The notes under the pieces: generated by a model
The model's database searches: none
What the model saw: only the letters and a program-made list of their open reading frames with translations
What the model was told of the DNA's origin: nothing
Shown: positions 29,691 to 39,487 of the stretch, piece after piece
How positions within the stretch are numbered: the stretch's first letter is position 1
How the letters are laid out: each line of letters starts with the position of its first letter
Translations under genes and position numbers: made by a program
Origin: Alphaproteobacteria bacterium
GTDB lineage: Bacteria; Pseudomonadota; Alphaproteobacteria; UBA7887
Length of the DNA: 64,000 nucleotides
Direction: 5' to 3'
Assembly (NCBI GenBank): GCA_965216755.1
Contig: CBDCGL010000011.1
Coordinates: 1,152,001 to 1,216,000, forward strand

Positions 29691-32600
29691 ATGACGGCGG
29701 TCGAAAGTTGGCTCGATAGTCTGGGGCTGCGCATTTACGCGGACATGTTTGCACGCGCCGATGTCGAGCTTGATCTTGTTCCAGGTCTGAGCGACGTCGA
29801 CCTAAAGGAGTTGGGTGTCGCGAGCCTCGGTCATCGCAAGCGAATTCTGGCCGCCGCAAAACGACTAAAGGATCAGGACGCGCTGATCCAAGACATTGCA
29901 AGCGGGACGACCGCCCCAACCGAGCATGCTCGGGAGACAGACGATCAACCTCAGGCGACGCCTTCGCCCGCCATATCGTCAATCGGCTTTGAACATTCTG
30001 ACGGCGAACGTCGCCAATTGACCGTGATGTCGTGCGATATCGCGAACGCGCTGGCCATGGGCACACGGTCTGACCCTGAGGACCTCCAACACCTTGTCAG
30101 CGTGTTTCAGAGCGTTGTGGGTGAGGTCATCTCACGGCATACGGGTTATGTCGCCCAATTTCAGTCAGGCGGTGCCCTAATCTATTTTGGTTGGCCAGAA
30201 GCGCACGAGGACGATTGCGAGCGTGCCATTCGCGCCGCGATCGACGTTGTCGAATCGCTCAATGGTGCAGGATCATCCGCAAGTCTGGATGTGCGGATCG
30301 CAATCGCCACCGGCATTGTTGTCGTCGGTCGGGCCGATCACGGACTCGGCGGTGGGCCCGATGTTGCGGTTGGGGAAGCGCCGAATTTGGCGGCCCGTTT
30401 GTTGGATTTGGCCAACGCCAACGAAATCGTTATCGCCGCAACCAGCCATCGGTTGGTCGGTCGGGCCTTCCAATACGCGGATCTGGGTGCGCAGTTTGTC
30501 GAAGGCTTCTCAGCACCTTTGCGGGCCTACAAAGTTTTGGGGCTTGGCCATGTTGGTGGCCGCTTTCAGGCAACACGCGCGACCGCGCTGACCCCGTTTG
30601 TCGGACGTCAATCGGAAATTGGAATATTACACCAACGCTGGGAGATGGCCCGCGAGGGCGATGGCCAATTGGTGACGATCGCAGGTGAACCGGGCATTGG
30701 AAAATCAAGGATCATCGAGCAGTTGCGCGCGGACATCGACGACGAGTCGCATCTTGTGGAGCAATATCAATGCTCCCCCAATCGTACCGACACACCGCTG
30801 CACCCATTCATCGATAGCATTGTTCGCGGGGCGCGGCTGGAACACGAGGAATCACCGCATGTCGCGATCACCAAATTGGAACGATTCGTCAAGGGCGTTG
30901 GCCTCCCGCCAAAGGTGACTTTGCCGGTCGTTGCGGGCTCTTTGGGCTTGGCCGATGAAATCGGCGGCGCGGCCGCGGGCGCCGGCAGGATGAAGAGTTT
31001 GCGACAAGCCCTGACCGACGCCATGGTCCAGCGTGGTCTCGATATCGCCGCCAAGACGCCCCTGCTTCTTGTTATTGAGGACGCGCACTGGATAGATCCG
31101 TCAACGGAGGAAACGGTCGGCCGTTTCATCGAACACGCGCGCGACGCACGGGTCATGATTGTGATTACGTTTCGGCCCGAATATCGGGGTCGGCTGACAG
31201 ACTTCGATCATGCCACGCGACTGGTGATTGGCAGGTTGGGTCGTCGCCACGCATCCGGACTGCTGCGGCACGTCTGTGGCGAGCGGCCACTGCCCGAGGT
31301 CGTATCACAACAGATCGTCGCCCGCGCGGACGGTATCCCGCTTTATGTGGAAGAACTCGTCAGAACCGTCTTGGACAGCGATTTGCTGACTGAGCGCAAC
31401 GGTGCGCTCGAGCTTGCCGGCCCGCTGCCAGAGTTCGCGATCCCGACGACGTTGCAGGATTCACTTATGGCGCGGCTCGACCGATTGGCGCCCGTGAAAG
31501 ACCTAGTGCAAATAGGCGCGTGCATCGGCCGCCGATTCAGCTACGACTTGTTGGCGGCTGTCGCGCCACTTCACGGCGAGGCACTGGACGATGCACTGGC
31601 GCAAATCACCGACAGCGGCCTTATCTTTGAGAGTGGAGCCCCACCCGACTCGAGCTACACGTTTCGCCACACACTGGTCCAAGAAGCGGCATATGATTCC
31701 CTTCTCACCAGCCGACGCCAGCAGATCCACGCCACTATTGCCAGGGCTATCGAGCAGAAATCTGGGCATATATTGGACGGCGAACCAGAGCTGGTCGCCC
31801 AGCACTACGCCGCCGCCGGACTCCCGGATCGCGCTGTGCCCTACTGGCTGCGCGCGGGCGAACTCGCCACGGAACGGTCCGCAAATGTCGAGGCTATCCG
31901 ACACCTGAAACGCGGACTGGCGCTGCTTGAAGCACTCCCCGTTTCGGAAGAACGCGACCGGCTTGAATTGCGTCTACAAACGGCGTTGAGCACGCCGCTT
32001 ATCGTCGCCAAAGGGTTTGCCGCCGACGATACGGCGCGTGCCCAAACACGGGCGCGCGCGCTTACCGATAAGCTTCAGGACACAAGACTGTCTTTCCCCG
32101 CGCTATACGGCCAATGTGTTTTTCATACGGTGCGTTCGGAACATCGGCGCGGCCAAGACGTCGCGCGCGAGTTCTTGGACTTGGCGAACGCAAAAGGCGA
32201 AGCTGGATCTAGGCTTGTCGGCCATCGCATCATGGGCTTGACGGACATTTACCTTGGTGCGCCGGCGTCCGCCGTGCGCCACCTTGAGAAAGCGCTGTCC
32301 CTCCACGATCCGGACGCGCATGGCGGCATGGCGTTTCACTATGCGCAGGATCCGAAAGTCGCGACACTCGCTCTGTTGTCGTGGGCCTACTGGCTCGTTG
32401 GTCGTTTTTCAGACTCGATTGGCGCATCGACCGAGGCCCTGGCCGGTGCACGTGCCATGGGTCATAGCCACACTCTCGCCTATGCCTTGTTTCACGCCGG
32501 TATTCTGCCGAACTACTTACGGCGCGACGTGGACTCGGTCGAGAAATGCGCCCGAGAGCTCGTAGATGTTTGCGATCAAGACGATATCGTTACGTGGCGC

Positions 32601-33128
32601 CCATTTGGTCAAGCCGCCCTGGGTTGGATCGACATTCTTCGCGGGGAGGCGAACGAGGGTATCGCACAAGTACAGCAAGTGCTGACCGCGCGGCAGGTAA
32701 CGACCGCAACATTCAATAGCACGTTCTTGCACGCGTTGATCGCCGAGGGTTACACACAAACTGATCGTCCCGACCGCGCTTTGAAAACGCTGGACGCGGC
32801 GCGCGCCTTCACTGCCGATACCGCGGAAGGTTGGCTTCGGTCCGAGCTCGCCCGTATGACCGCCGATGCGCTGAGACTCTTGCCCGACACAACGCTGTCT
32901 GATGTCGAGCAAAAGCTTTGCCATGCCGTGGACACCGCATACAAACAAGACGCGTACGCATTTGCGCTGCGTGCCGTCGCCGCGCTGGCGGAACATTGGC
33001 ATGATCGGGATGACGACCAAAGAGCCGCCGACTTGCTTCGGCCCATTGTCGCCCGGTTCGGCGAAGAAAGGACCTTGACCGAAGACCTCCGCCACGCAAG
33101 ATCTTTGCTCGATCAACTGCGCCGCTAG
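29691..33128 (+). CDS. SAM + class III cyclase-like + AAA ATPase + TPR protein
   Basis: SAM WLDSLGL...LKELGV.SLGHRKRIL; GERRQLTVM.CD; GEAPNLAARL; PFVGR; Walker A GEPGIGKS; IEDAHWID. Confidence 0.9.
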   Translation: MTAVESWLDSLGLRIYADMFARADVELDLVPGLSDVDLKELGVASLGHRKRILAAAKRLKDQDALIQDIASGTTAPTEHARETDDQPQATPSPAISSIGFEHSDGERRQLTVMSCDIANALAMGTRSDPEDLQHLVSVFQSVVGEVISRHTGYVAQFQSGGALIYFGWPEAHEDDCERAIRAAIDVVESLNGAGSSASLDVRIAIATGIVVVGRADHGLGGGPDVAVGEAPNLAARLLDLANANEIVIAATSHRLVGRAFQYADLGAQFVEGFSAPLRAYKVLGLGHVGGRFQATRATALTPFVGRQSEIGILHQRWEMAREGDGQLVTIAGEPGIGKSRIIEQLRADIDDESHLVEQYQCSPNRTDTPLHPFIDSIVRGARLEHEESPHVAITKLERFVKGVGLPPKVTLPVVAGSLGLADEIGGAAAGAGRMKSLRQALTDAMVQRGLDIAAKTPLLLVIEDAHWIDPSTEETVGRFIEHARDARVMIVITFRPEYRGRLTDFDHATRLVIGRLGRRHASGLLRHVCGERPLPEVVSQQIVARADGIPLYVEELVRTVLDSDLLTERNGALELAGPLPEFAIPTTLQDSLMARLDRLAPVKDLVQIGACIGRRFSYDLLAAVAPLHGEALDDALAQITDSGLIFESGAPPDSSYTFRHTLVQEAAYDSLLTSRRQQIHATIARAIEQKSGHILDGEPELVAQHYAAAGLPDRAVPYWLRAGELATERSANVEAIRHLKRGLALLEALPVSEERDRLELRLQTALSTPLIVAKGFAADDTARAQTRARALTDKLQDTRLSFPALYGQCVFHTVRSEHRRGQDVAREFLDLANAKGEAGSRLVGHRIMGLTDIYLGAPASAVRHLEKALSLHDPDAHGGMAFHYAQDPKVATLALLSWAYWLVGRFSDSIGASTEALAGARAMGHSHTLAYALFHAGILPNYLRRDVDSVEKCARELVDVCDQDDIVTWRPFGQAALGWIDILRGEANEGIAQVQQVLTARQVTTATFNSTFLHALIAEGYTQTDRPDRALKTLDAARAFTADTAEGWLRSELARMTADALRLLPDTTLSDVEQKLCHAVDTAYKQDAYAFALRAVAALAEHWHDRDDDQRAADLLRPIVARFGEERTLTEDLRHARSLLDQLRR

Positions 33129-33213
33129 GGTTGCGTGTTGCGCGTCGTGTGGCAACCGCGGTCGGCGCTTGGTGAACGCTGTCGAGTCTGTCACACGTCA
33201 GGAAGGCCATTTG

Positions 33214-33843
33214 ATGCCGCGTATTCTGGTTCTGGTCGCACATCCCACGTTGGAAACATCTGTTGTCAACCGATCATTGACGGACACCATAGGGAACATG
33301 CGCGATGTGACCATTTGCGACCTGTATGAACACTATCCCGACTTCGAAATCGACGTCGAGCGCGAGCAAGAGAACCTCCGCAACCATGACATCATCGTAC
33401 TGCAGCATCCTTTCTATTGGTATTCGGCCCCGGCCCTGATCAAAGAATGGCAGGATCTGGTTTTGGAGCATGGCTTCGCCTATGGCAGTGCCGGCACTGC
33501 ACTGGTGGGCAAAGCCCTTATGAACGTGATTTCGACGGGAGGCGGCAAAGCTGCCTATAGCGCCGCCGGTTACAATCACTTCACGATACGTCAGTTCCTT
33601 GTGCCATTCGAACAGACGGCCAGGCTCTGCGGCATGAACTATTTGGCGCCATTCATCGTTCACCAAGGGCGTGCCCTGGCGGCAACTGAACGACAGGTCT
33701 TGGCGAAGTCCTACCGCGGTCTTCTGGAAAAGCTGCGCGACGGACAAATCGACTCGGCGCAATTGACCGAATGGGACGACGCCAACACCCTTTTGTCGTC
33801 ATTCGGTCAAGAAACACCGCCAAATTCGCGCTCTGTTACATAG
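33214..33843 (+). CDS. kefF: KefF/KefG-like NAD(P)H oxidoreductase
   Basis: AHP....S.VN, DLYEHYPDFEIDV, QHPFYWYSAP.LIKEWQD; adjacent to kefC. Confidence 0.88.
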   Translation: MPRILVLVAHPTLETSVVNRSLTDTIGNMRDVTICDLYEHYPDFEIDVEREQENLRNHDIIVLQHPFYWYSAPALIKEWQDLVLEHGFAYGSAGTALVGKALMNVISTGGGKAAYSAAGYNHFTIRQFLVPFEQTARLCGMNYLAPFIVHQGRALAATERQVLAKSYRGLLEKLRDGQIDSAQLTEWDDANTLLSSFGQETPPNSRSVT

Positions 33844-33846
33844 GCC

Positions 33847-35739
33847 ATGGGACTCGAGAGCTTTCTTTACCAGGCCTTCGTTTACCTCTTGGCCGCCGTC
33901 GTCTCTGTGCCGATCGCAAAGCGTTTGGGCCTGGGATCCGTTCTCGGATACCTCATTGCCGGCGCCATGATTGGGCCATTCGTGTTCGGCCTAGTCGGTG
34001 ACGAAGGGACCGACATCATGCATTTCGCGGAGTTCGGCGTCGTCATGATGTTGTTTATTGTTGGCCTTGAACTTCGTCCCACATTGCTGTGGTCAATGCG
34101 TAAACCCATTGTGGGACTTGGTGGCCTACAAGTTGTTTTAACAACGTTCGTTTTAACAGTTATCGCCCTGGCAATTGGGTTGGATTGGCGCGCTGGTTTG
34201 GCGATCGGCATGACGCTGGCATTGTCATCCACCGCGATCGTCTTGCAAAGCCTGACTGAAAAGGGCCTTATCAAGACCGAGGCAGGACAATCAGCGTTCG
34301 CGGTCTTGTTGTTTCAAGACATCGCGGTGATCCCCATCCTCGCTGTTCTGCCGTTGCTCGCTGTGCCAGAGCTCGCGGACACCACCACGCATGCGCGCCA
34401 TGATACACATGGATCGAGCCTGGCACCGGACGGGCCCCCGTGGCTTCGCGCGTTGATGGTGTTTGGCGCGGTCGCGATCATCGTACTGGCCGGGCGCTTC
34501 GTCATGCGCCCGATATTTCGTTTCATCGCCGAGACCAGGTTGCGCGAATTGTTTACAGCCACGGCCCTGCTTTTGGTGATTGGCACCGCCCTGCTCATGC
34601 AGTCGGTCGGATTGTCGCCGGCGCTTGGTACGTTCTTGGCAGGTGTCGTGCTCGCCGAAAGTGAATACCGACACGAACTTGAAACCGACATCGAGCCCTT
34701 CAAAGGCTTGCTCTTGGGGCTGTTTTTCATTTCGGTGGGGGCCAGCATTGACTTCGCGTTGGTGGCGGCCCAGCCATGGACCTTGGCAGCGGTAACACTC
34801 GGATTGATGGCGATCAAACTGACGCTATTGCTCGGCGTCGGCTCCCTATTCGGCCTGTCGCTGCCGGTCAACACCTTATTCGCGTTTGCCCTAGCACAAG
34901 GCGGGGAGTTTGCTTTTGTTCTTTTCTCGTTTGCACTCAGCAACGGCGTATTGGCGGCCGATGTTGTCGGCCCACTGGTTGCCGCCGTCGCATTGAGCAT
35001 GGCGATCACACCGCTGCTACTATTAATCAATGAGCGCCTTATTCAGCCGCGTTTGACGACGCGCGGGGCTACGCGCGAGGCGGACACGATAGACGATCTT
35101 GAGTCGTCGGTTGTCATCGCCGGATTTGGCCGTTTCGGCATGACCGTGGGCCGGCTGTTGCTGGCCGCAGGCATACGCCCAACGGTCTTGGATCACGACG
35201 CCCGTCAAATCGAGTCGCTACGGCGATTTGGCTACAAGGTCTACTATGGCGACGCGACGCGGTCCGATCTGCTTGAAGCCGCGGGTTGCAAGACCGCCAA
35301 AGTCCTTGTAATCGCGGTTGACGACCAAGAGGCAGTCTTGGCAATCAGCGAGACAGCCCGTCGACATTTTCCCCATTTGCATATTTTGGCGCGTGCCCGG
35401 GACCGCCGCGACGCATACGACTTGCTTGATATGGGCATCACCGATGTGTACCGCGAGACCCTCGGCTCCGCCCTAAGCATGGGTGTCGCGGCGCTGCGCG
35501 CGGCAGGAATGCGGGCTCACCGCGCCCACCGTATGGCGCGAGCCTTTCAACACCATGATAGCGCCATGCTCAGAGACCTGGCGGCCGTACGCAAGGACTC
35601 GCGCACCTATCTGGCGCACTCGCGCGCCCGCGCCGAAGAAATATCGCGCGTGCTCGGCGCGGATCGTCAAGATCGCTACGACAGCGTTGACCATGCTTGG
35701 GGCGCGCCGCCCGTGCGCCCCGACGCCGACGAGGATTAA
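33847..35739 (+). CDS. kefC: Glutathione-regulated K+ efflux antiporter KefC/KefB
   Basis: LGLGSVLGYL, FAEFGVVMMLF, LLFQD, SEYRHELETDIEPFKGLLLGLFF, KTN AGFGRFG. Confidence 0.93.
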   Translation: MGLESFLYQAFVYLLAAVVSVPIAKRLGLGSVLGYLIAGAMIGPFVFGLVGDEGTDIMHFAEFGVVMMLFIVGLELRPTLLWSMRKPIVGLGGLQVVLTTFVLTVIALAIGLDWRAGLAIGMTLALSSTAIVLQSLTEKGLIKTEAGQSAFAVLLFQDIAVIPILAVLPLLAVPELADTTTHARHDTHGSSLAPDGPPWLRALMVFGAVAIIVLAGRFVMRPIFRFIAETRLRELFTATALLLVIGTALLMQSVGLSPALGTFLAGVVLAESEYRHELETDIEPFKGLLLGLFFISVGASIDFALVAAQPWTLAAVTLGLMAIKLTLLLGVGSLFGLSLPVNTLFAFALAQGGEFAFVLFSFALSNGVLAADVVGPLVAAVALSMAITPLLLLINERLIQPRLTTRGATREADTIDDLESSVVIAGFGRFGMTVGRLLLAAGIRPTVLDHDARQIESLRRFGYKVYYGDATRSDLLEAAGCKTAKVLVIAVDDQEAVLAISETARRHFPHLHILARARDRRDAYDLLDMGITDVYRETLGSALSMGVAALRAAGMRAHRAHRMARAFQHHDSAMLRDLAAVRKDSRTYLAHSRARAEEISRVLGADRQDRYDSVDHAWGAPPVRPDADED

Positions 35740-35869
35740 TACAATTTATCAATAATTTACAAAATAGATCGCGGCTATTTCCTGGGTCATTTCGAGGCCA
35801 CCTCCCAGGCCCACAAAAGCCACATTAATTCGCGCCGCCGGATCGATTTTCAGAGAATGTTAAGCGAAA

Positions 35870-36487
35870 TTGGAAATTGTGAGAGGCACCGTCCATTTCC
35901 ATTGTTTGCATCTGATTTGCCGGCAACCGCTGACCAGGAGCCAATCTGTGAAAACGCGAAGTCAAGTCGTTGCTCAGGGACAGGCCCACGATTGCGAAGT
36001 CACGCAATTGTCCAATGGCGCCGCGCGCGTCCGTTTGCCGGCGGACATCGCGGAATCCGACGACCTTTATCTTCGGTTGCCTGGGCCAAATGACATCAAA
36101 TGCGAGCTCTTGTGGCGAAACGGCCAGGAAATGGCCCTCCGCCTGCTCGACGACCCTGGTTCAGAAGACCAGACCCCAGCCATCGAGCAGGACGAACAGC
36201 GCCGGTACAGCCGTACCGCGGTCATGTGGGTCGGGACGATCAGCTCGATCAACGGCACCAGCTCTTGCGACGTCATCGATGTGTCCGCGTTCGGTGCCGG
36301 TCTGTCCATTCCCGAGGGCGTCGAATGCGGCAAATGGGTGATCCTGGCCACAAAGCGGCTGGAAGAAACGCCGGGGCGTGTCGCCTGGATTGACGGCGAC
36401 CGCATGGGCATCGAATTTCTGGAGGATCCCGACGTCGTCGCGCGCCGCCTGGCACAAGCGATTCCGCCACCCGCGAAAAAGTCGTAA
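35870..36487 (+). CDS. Tandem PilZ-domain protein (start uncertain)
   Basis: CEVTQLSNGAARV; EQRRYSR...CDVIDVSAFGAGL; GRVAW....RMGIEF. Confidence 0.75.
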   Translation: MEIVRGTVHFHCLHLICRQPLTRSQSVKTRSQVVAQGQAHDCEVTQLSNGAARVRLPADIAESDDLYLRLPGPNDIKCELLWRNGQEMALRLLDDPGSEDQTPAIEQDEQRRYSRTAVMWVGTISSINGTSSCDVIDVSAFGAGLSIPEGVECGKWVILATKRLEETPGRVAWIDGDRMGIEFLEDPDVVARRLAQAIPPPAKKS

Positions 36488-36493
36488 TGGGGC

Positions 36494-37378
36494 CTATTGG
36501 CCTGTGAGCTGACGCGACGGCGCACGAGACAGAAACTCAAGGATCGCGCTGTTGCGATTTGGCCATTTCGTGTGTGGACCCTCTCCCTCACAATAGAGCG
36601 TCTCCACGCCACCCTCGCAGTTTTCGTAAGCGACACAACTTTCCGCGTTACGCGGGCGCGGTTCGCCATCGCATTTGTTGCAGGCGGCCCACCATGCCGC
36701 CGTTTCCGCGCCCAAGCCGGGAAACAAACGATCGTCGCGACTGTGCAGGACCATCACTGATGTAGGGTCCGGGCAAGACTGATTAGCAAGATCGTCGCCG
36801 CCCAGCCCGGCCGCGCTGGGCGCGATTGCCGCCGCCGCGATCGGCGACTCCTCGAGAAACGTGAGAGCATTGGAGACCAGGCCGCCATTCGAATGGCCGG
36901 TCATGAAAACACGGGTTCGATCGATACACCAATCGTCGGCCACGAGATTCGGAATTCGGCCGAGCGCTAGGATACTCTCGACCGACATTTCCGCATCGTC
37001 AGCAAACGCCACGATAAATCCGGCCGCCGTCGCTTGCCGGGTAATTCCAAGCAACCTTTCAGACGCGGCGCGGCTGCGACCACCCGGTGCATAGACCATC
37101 AACAACGGATGCGCTACATCCGCACGATAGTTGCCGGGCGCACGCACGCTGTATCCAAACCCACTCGGCGACTGAAGATCATTGGTCGCACCACCCCGCC
37201 CCACGCGCCCAGCAGAGTCACAAACACCAATTGATGTTTCGGCAGGGTAGTCGTGTTCCGCCGGCTGATCGCGGCGGCGCGCGTCTTCGACCGCAAGCCG
37301 TTGCCAGGCCAAATAAATCACGACGGCCGCGACGAAACCCGCCATCCAAACAACGTTTGACGACACCCTAAGTTTCAT
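36494..37378 (-). CDS. PHB-depolymerase-like (LpqC/LpqP) esterase, membrane-anchored
   Basis: N-terminal TM, WCIDRTRVFMTGHSNGG nucleophile elbow, HSRDD, WAACNKC, H..W. Confidence 0.82.
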   Translation of the reverse strand: MKLRVSSNVVWMAGFVAAVVIYLAWQRLAVEDARRRDQPAEHDYPAETSIGVCDSAGRVGRGGATNDLQSPSGFGYSVRAPGNYRADVAHPLLMVYAPGGRSRAASERLLGITRQATAAGFIVAFADDAEMSVESILALGRIPNLVADDWCIDRTRVFMTGHSNGGLVSNALTFLEESPIAAAAIAPSAAGLGGDDLANQSCPDPTSVMVLHSRDDRLFPGLGAETAAWWAACNKCDGEPRPRNAESCVAYENCEGGVETLYCEGEGPHTKWPNRNSAILEFLSRAPSRQLTGQ

Positions 37379-37511
37379 CGGCCGACGATGGCGCCACTAT
37401 TGCGCGCAAGAGAATTCGCGCGAATCACACCGCCACGACCGCGCGCGCCGCGCAGGTCCGCCCCGCCTAGCCAAAGCCATGCAGAATTCTGTGGGTCTTG
37501 CAGCCGCACAT

Positions 37512-37588
37512 TGCAACGCAGCATTACGTCGTGAACATCCTCAGACATCGGCTAAATCAATGAAGATTGTCGATATTGCAGTGCAGAA
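37512..37588. promoter_or_regulatory. Two PhaR-box-like sites in the divergent promoter region between the esterase and pmoC
   Basis: TGCAACGCAGCA (37512-37523) and TGCAGTGCAGAA (37577-37588), both preceded by AT. Confidence 0.45.
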
Positions 37589-37775
37589 TGACGCGATTTA
37601 GCAAGATTAAAGCGCGTCTGCTATCGGACATAACAAGGGCCAAGACGCTTGAACAGGATCAAAATCTTGTGACAACATGACCTGAAAGCCAACATGGTTA
37701 TGAATAATAAGAACAAGTCGCAATTGGCGAGGACGCCAACTTCGGACAAATGGTTGAAAGATTCATGGGGACAAA

Positions 37776-38576
37776 GTGATGGCCGTAACAGCAGAACTTA
37801 GAACGGCAGAACAGGTACGCGCCGAATCCGCCTCGTCGGATGACAGCATGTCGGTGAGTGGATTGATTCCATGGCAACCCATTCTTCTTTTTGTCGCCAT
37901 CGTGACAACCGCCATGATCGGCGTGCGCATTTACCAGCAGATATTTGGCTGGACCGCGGGCCTCGACTACTTCGAACCCGAGTTTCAGACCTACTGGATG
38001 AATTTCTTGTATGGCGAATGGATCTTGGAAGCGGTCTTGGCAACCACGATTTGGGGCTACATTTGGATGACCCGCGATCGTGACCTAGCCAACCTATCGC
38101 CACGCGAGGAGCTGCGTCGCTATTTCAGGGCAGTCGCGATGATCTTTGCGTACGTCTTTATCATCTATTGGACCGGCAGTTTCTTCGCCGAACAAGACGC
38201 ATCATGGCACCAAGTGGCGATCCGCGATACCGATTTCACGCCGAGCCACATCCCGCTGTTCTACCTAACGATGCCCCTTTACGTCATCTTTGGCGTGGCG
38301 GCGTTTTTATATGCGCGGACGCGTCTGCCGGAATTTGCCAACAGAATCTCCGTGCCCTTCGTCATTGGAGTTGCCGGGCCGTTCCTCATTCTGCCAAATC
38401 TGGGCTACAACGAGTGGGGGCACACATTCTTTTTCATGGAAGAGCTGTTTGCTGCGCCAATTCATTGGGGATTTGTCGTCCTCGGCTGGTCGGCGCTGGC
38501 ATTGGGCGGGTTACTTCTGCAGTTGCTTCGGCGCATGGTCGAGTTGACAAACATCAACGCCACTGAGCAACCATAG
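37776..38576 (+). CDS. pmoC: Copper membrane monooxygenase subunit C (PmoC/AmoC family)
   Basis: GLDYFEPEFQTYWM, RDRDL..LSPREELRR, SFFAEQDASWHQ..IRDTDFTPSH, LPN.GYNEWGHTF.FMEELF.APIHWGFV. Confidence 0.97.
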   Translation: MMAVTAELRTAEQVRAESASSDDSMSVSGLIPWQPILLFVAIVTTAMIGVRIYQQIFGWTAGLDYFEPEFQTYWMNFLYGEWILEAVLATTIWGYIWMTRDRDLANLSPREELRRYFRAVAMIFAYVFIIYWTGSFFAEQDASWHQVAIRDTDFTPSHIPLFYLTMPLYVIFGVAAFLYARTRLPEFANRISVPFVIGVAGPFLILPNLGYNEWGHTFFFMEELFAAPIHWGFVVLGWSALALGGLLLQLLRRMVELTNINATEQP

Positions 38577-38727
38577 ACGTCAAACTTATCCAGCAGGATT
38601 GGTGGGAATCATGACGGAGGCGGTCGATGGTGGCGCGCCTCCATTTGATTCTGAAACGCCGGCCGGCGCCAATTCCGCCGAGAAAAAGATAACAGGCACG
38701 ACTGAAGACAAGGGGTAGGATTAGACC

Positions 38728-39483
38728 ATGGCTGTCACGGAATCCACGCCAACGTCGGCCATTCGGAACGCCGACGAGCAGCACAGAACTGAGGTTGCTT
38801 TTGATGTGTTGGCCATCCCAACGATCGCGATCGTTCTCCTGGCCGCGTTTCATCTGCATTTCATGCTAACCGCCGGCGACTGGGATTTTTGGACCGATTG
38901 GAAAGATCGCCGCTGGTGGCCCCTGATCACGCCAATCACCCTGATCACATTTCCGGCGGCGGTACAATATCTTCTATGGTCCAAGTTCCGCATCCCATTC
39001 GGCGCCACGGTCTGCATTGTGCTGATCACGATCGGCATGTGGATCAGTCGTAGCGTGCAGTTCGTCGGTTGGGCATATTACCCGATGAGTTTCGTTTGGC
39101 CGGCCATGTTTATACCGATGGCGCTCGTGCTCGATTCCGTGTTGGTGCTGACAAGAAGTTACCTGCTCACCGGCATCTTCGGCGGTTTCATATGGGCTGT
39201 GGTCTTCTATCCAGCGAACTGGGCGATATTAGCCCCCTATCATTTGCCCATTGAGTTGCACGGCGTGCTGATGACCCTGGCGGACCTGCAGGGTTACATG
39301 TATGTGCGAGCGGGCACACCTGAGTACATTCGGATCATCGAAGAAGGAACCCTGCGCACATTTGGCGAACATGTCACACCGATCACGGTATTCTTTGCCG
39401 CCTTCGTGTGCATTCTTATGTATTTCTTGTGGAATCGTATCGGCGCGTTCTTGGCTCGAACGACCTGGGTGAAGAGGGTATAG
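38728..39483 (+). CDS. pmoA: Copper membrane monooxygenase subunit A (PmoA/AmoA family)
   Basis: HLHFMLTAGDWDFWTDWKDRRWW, TFPAAVQ, PFGAT, FYPANW, GYMYVRAGTPEYIRIIEEGTLRTFG. Confidence 0.97.
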   Translation: MAVTESTPTSAIRNADEQHRTEVAFDVLAIPTIAIVLLAAFHLHFMLTAGDWDFWTDWKDRRWWPLITPITLITFPAAVQYLLWSKFRIPFGATVCIVLITIGMWISRSVQFVGWAYYPMSFVWPAMFIPMALVLDSVLVLTRSYLLTGIFGGFIWAVVFYPANWAILAPYHLPIELHGVLMTLADLQGYMYVRAGTPEYIRIIEEGTLRTFGEHVTPITVFFAAFVCILMYFLWNRIGAFLARTTWVKRV

Positions 39484-39487
39484 AGCC

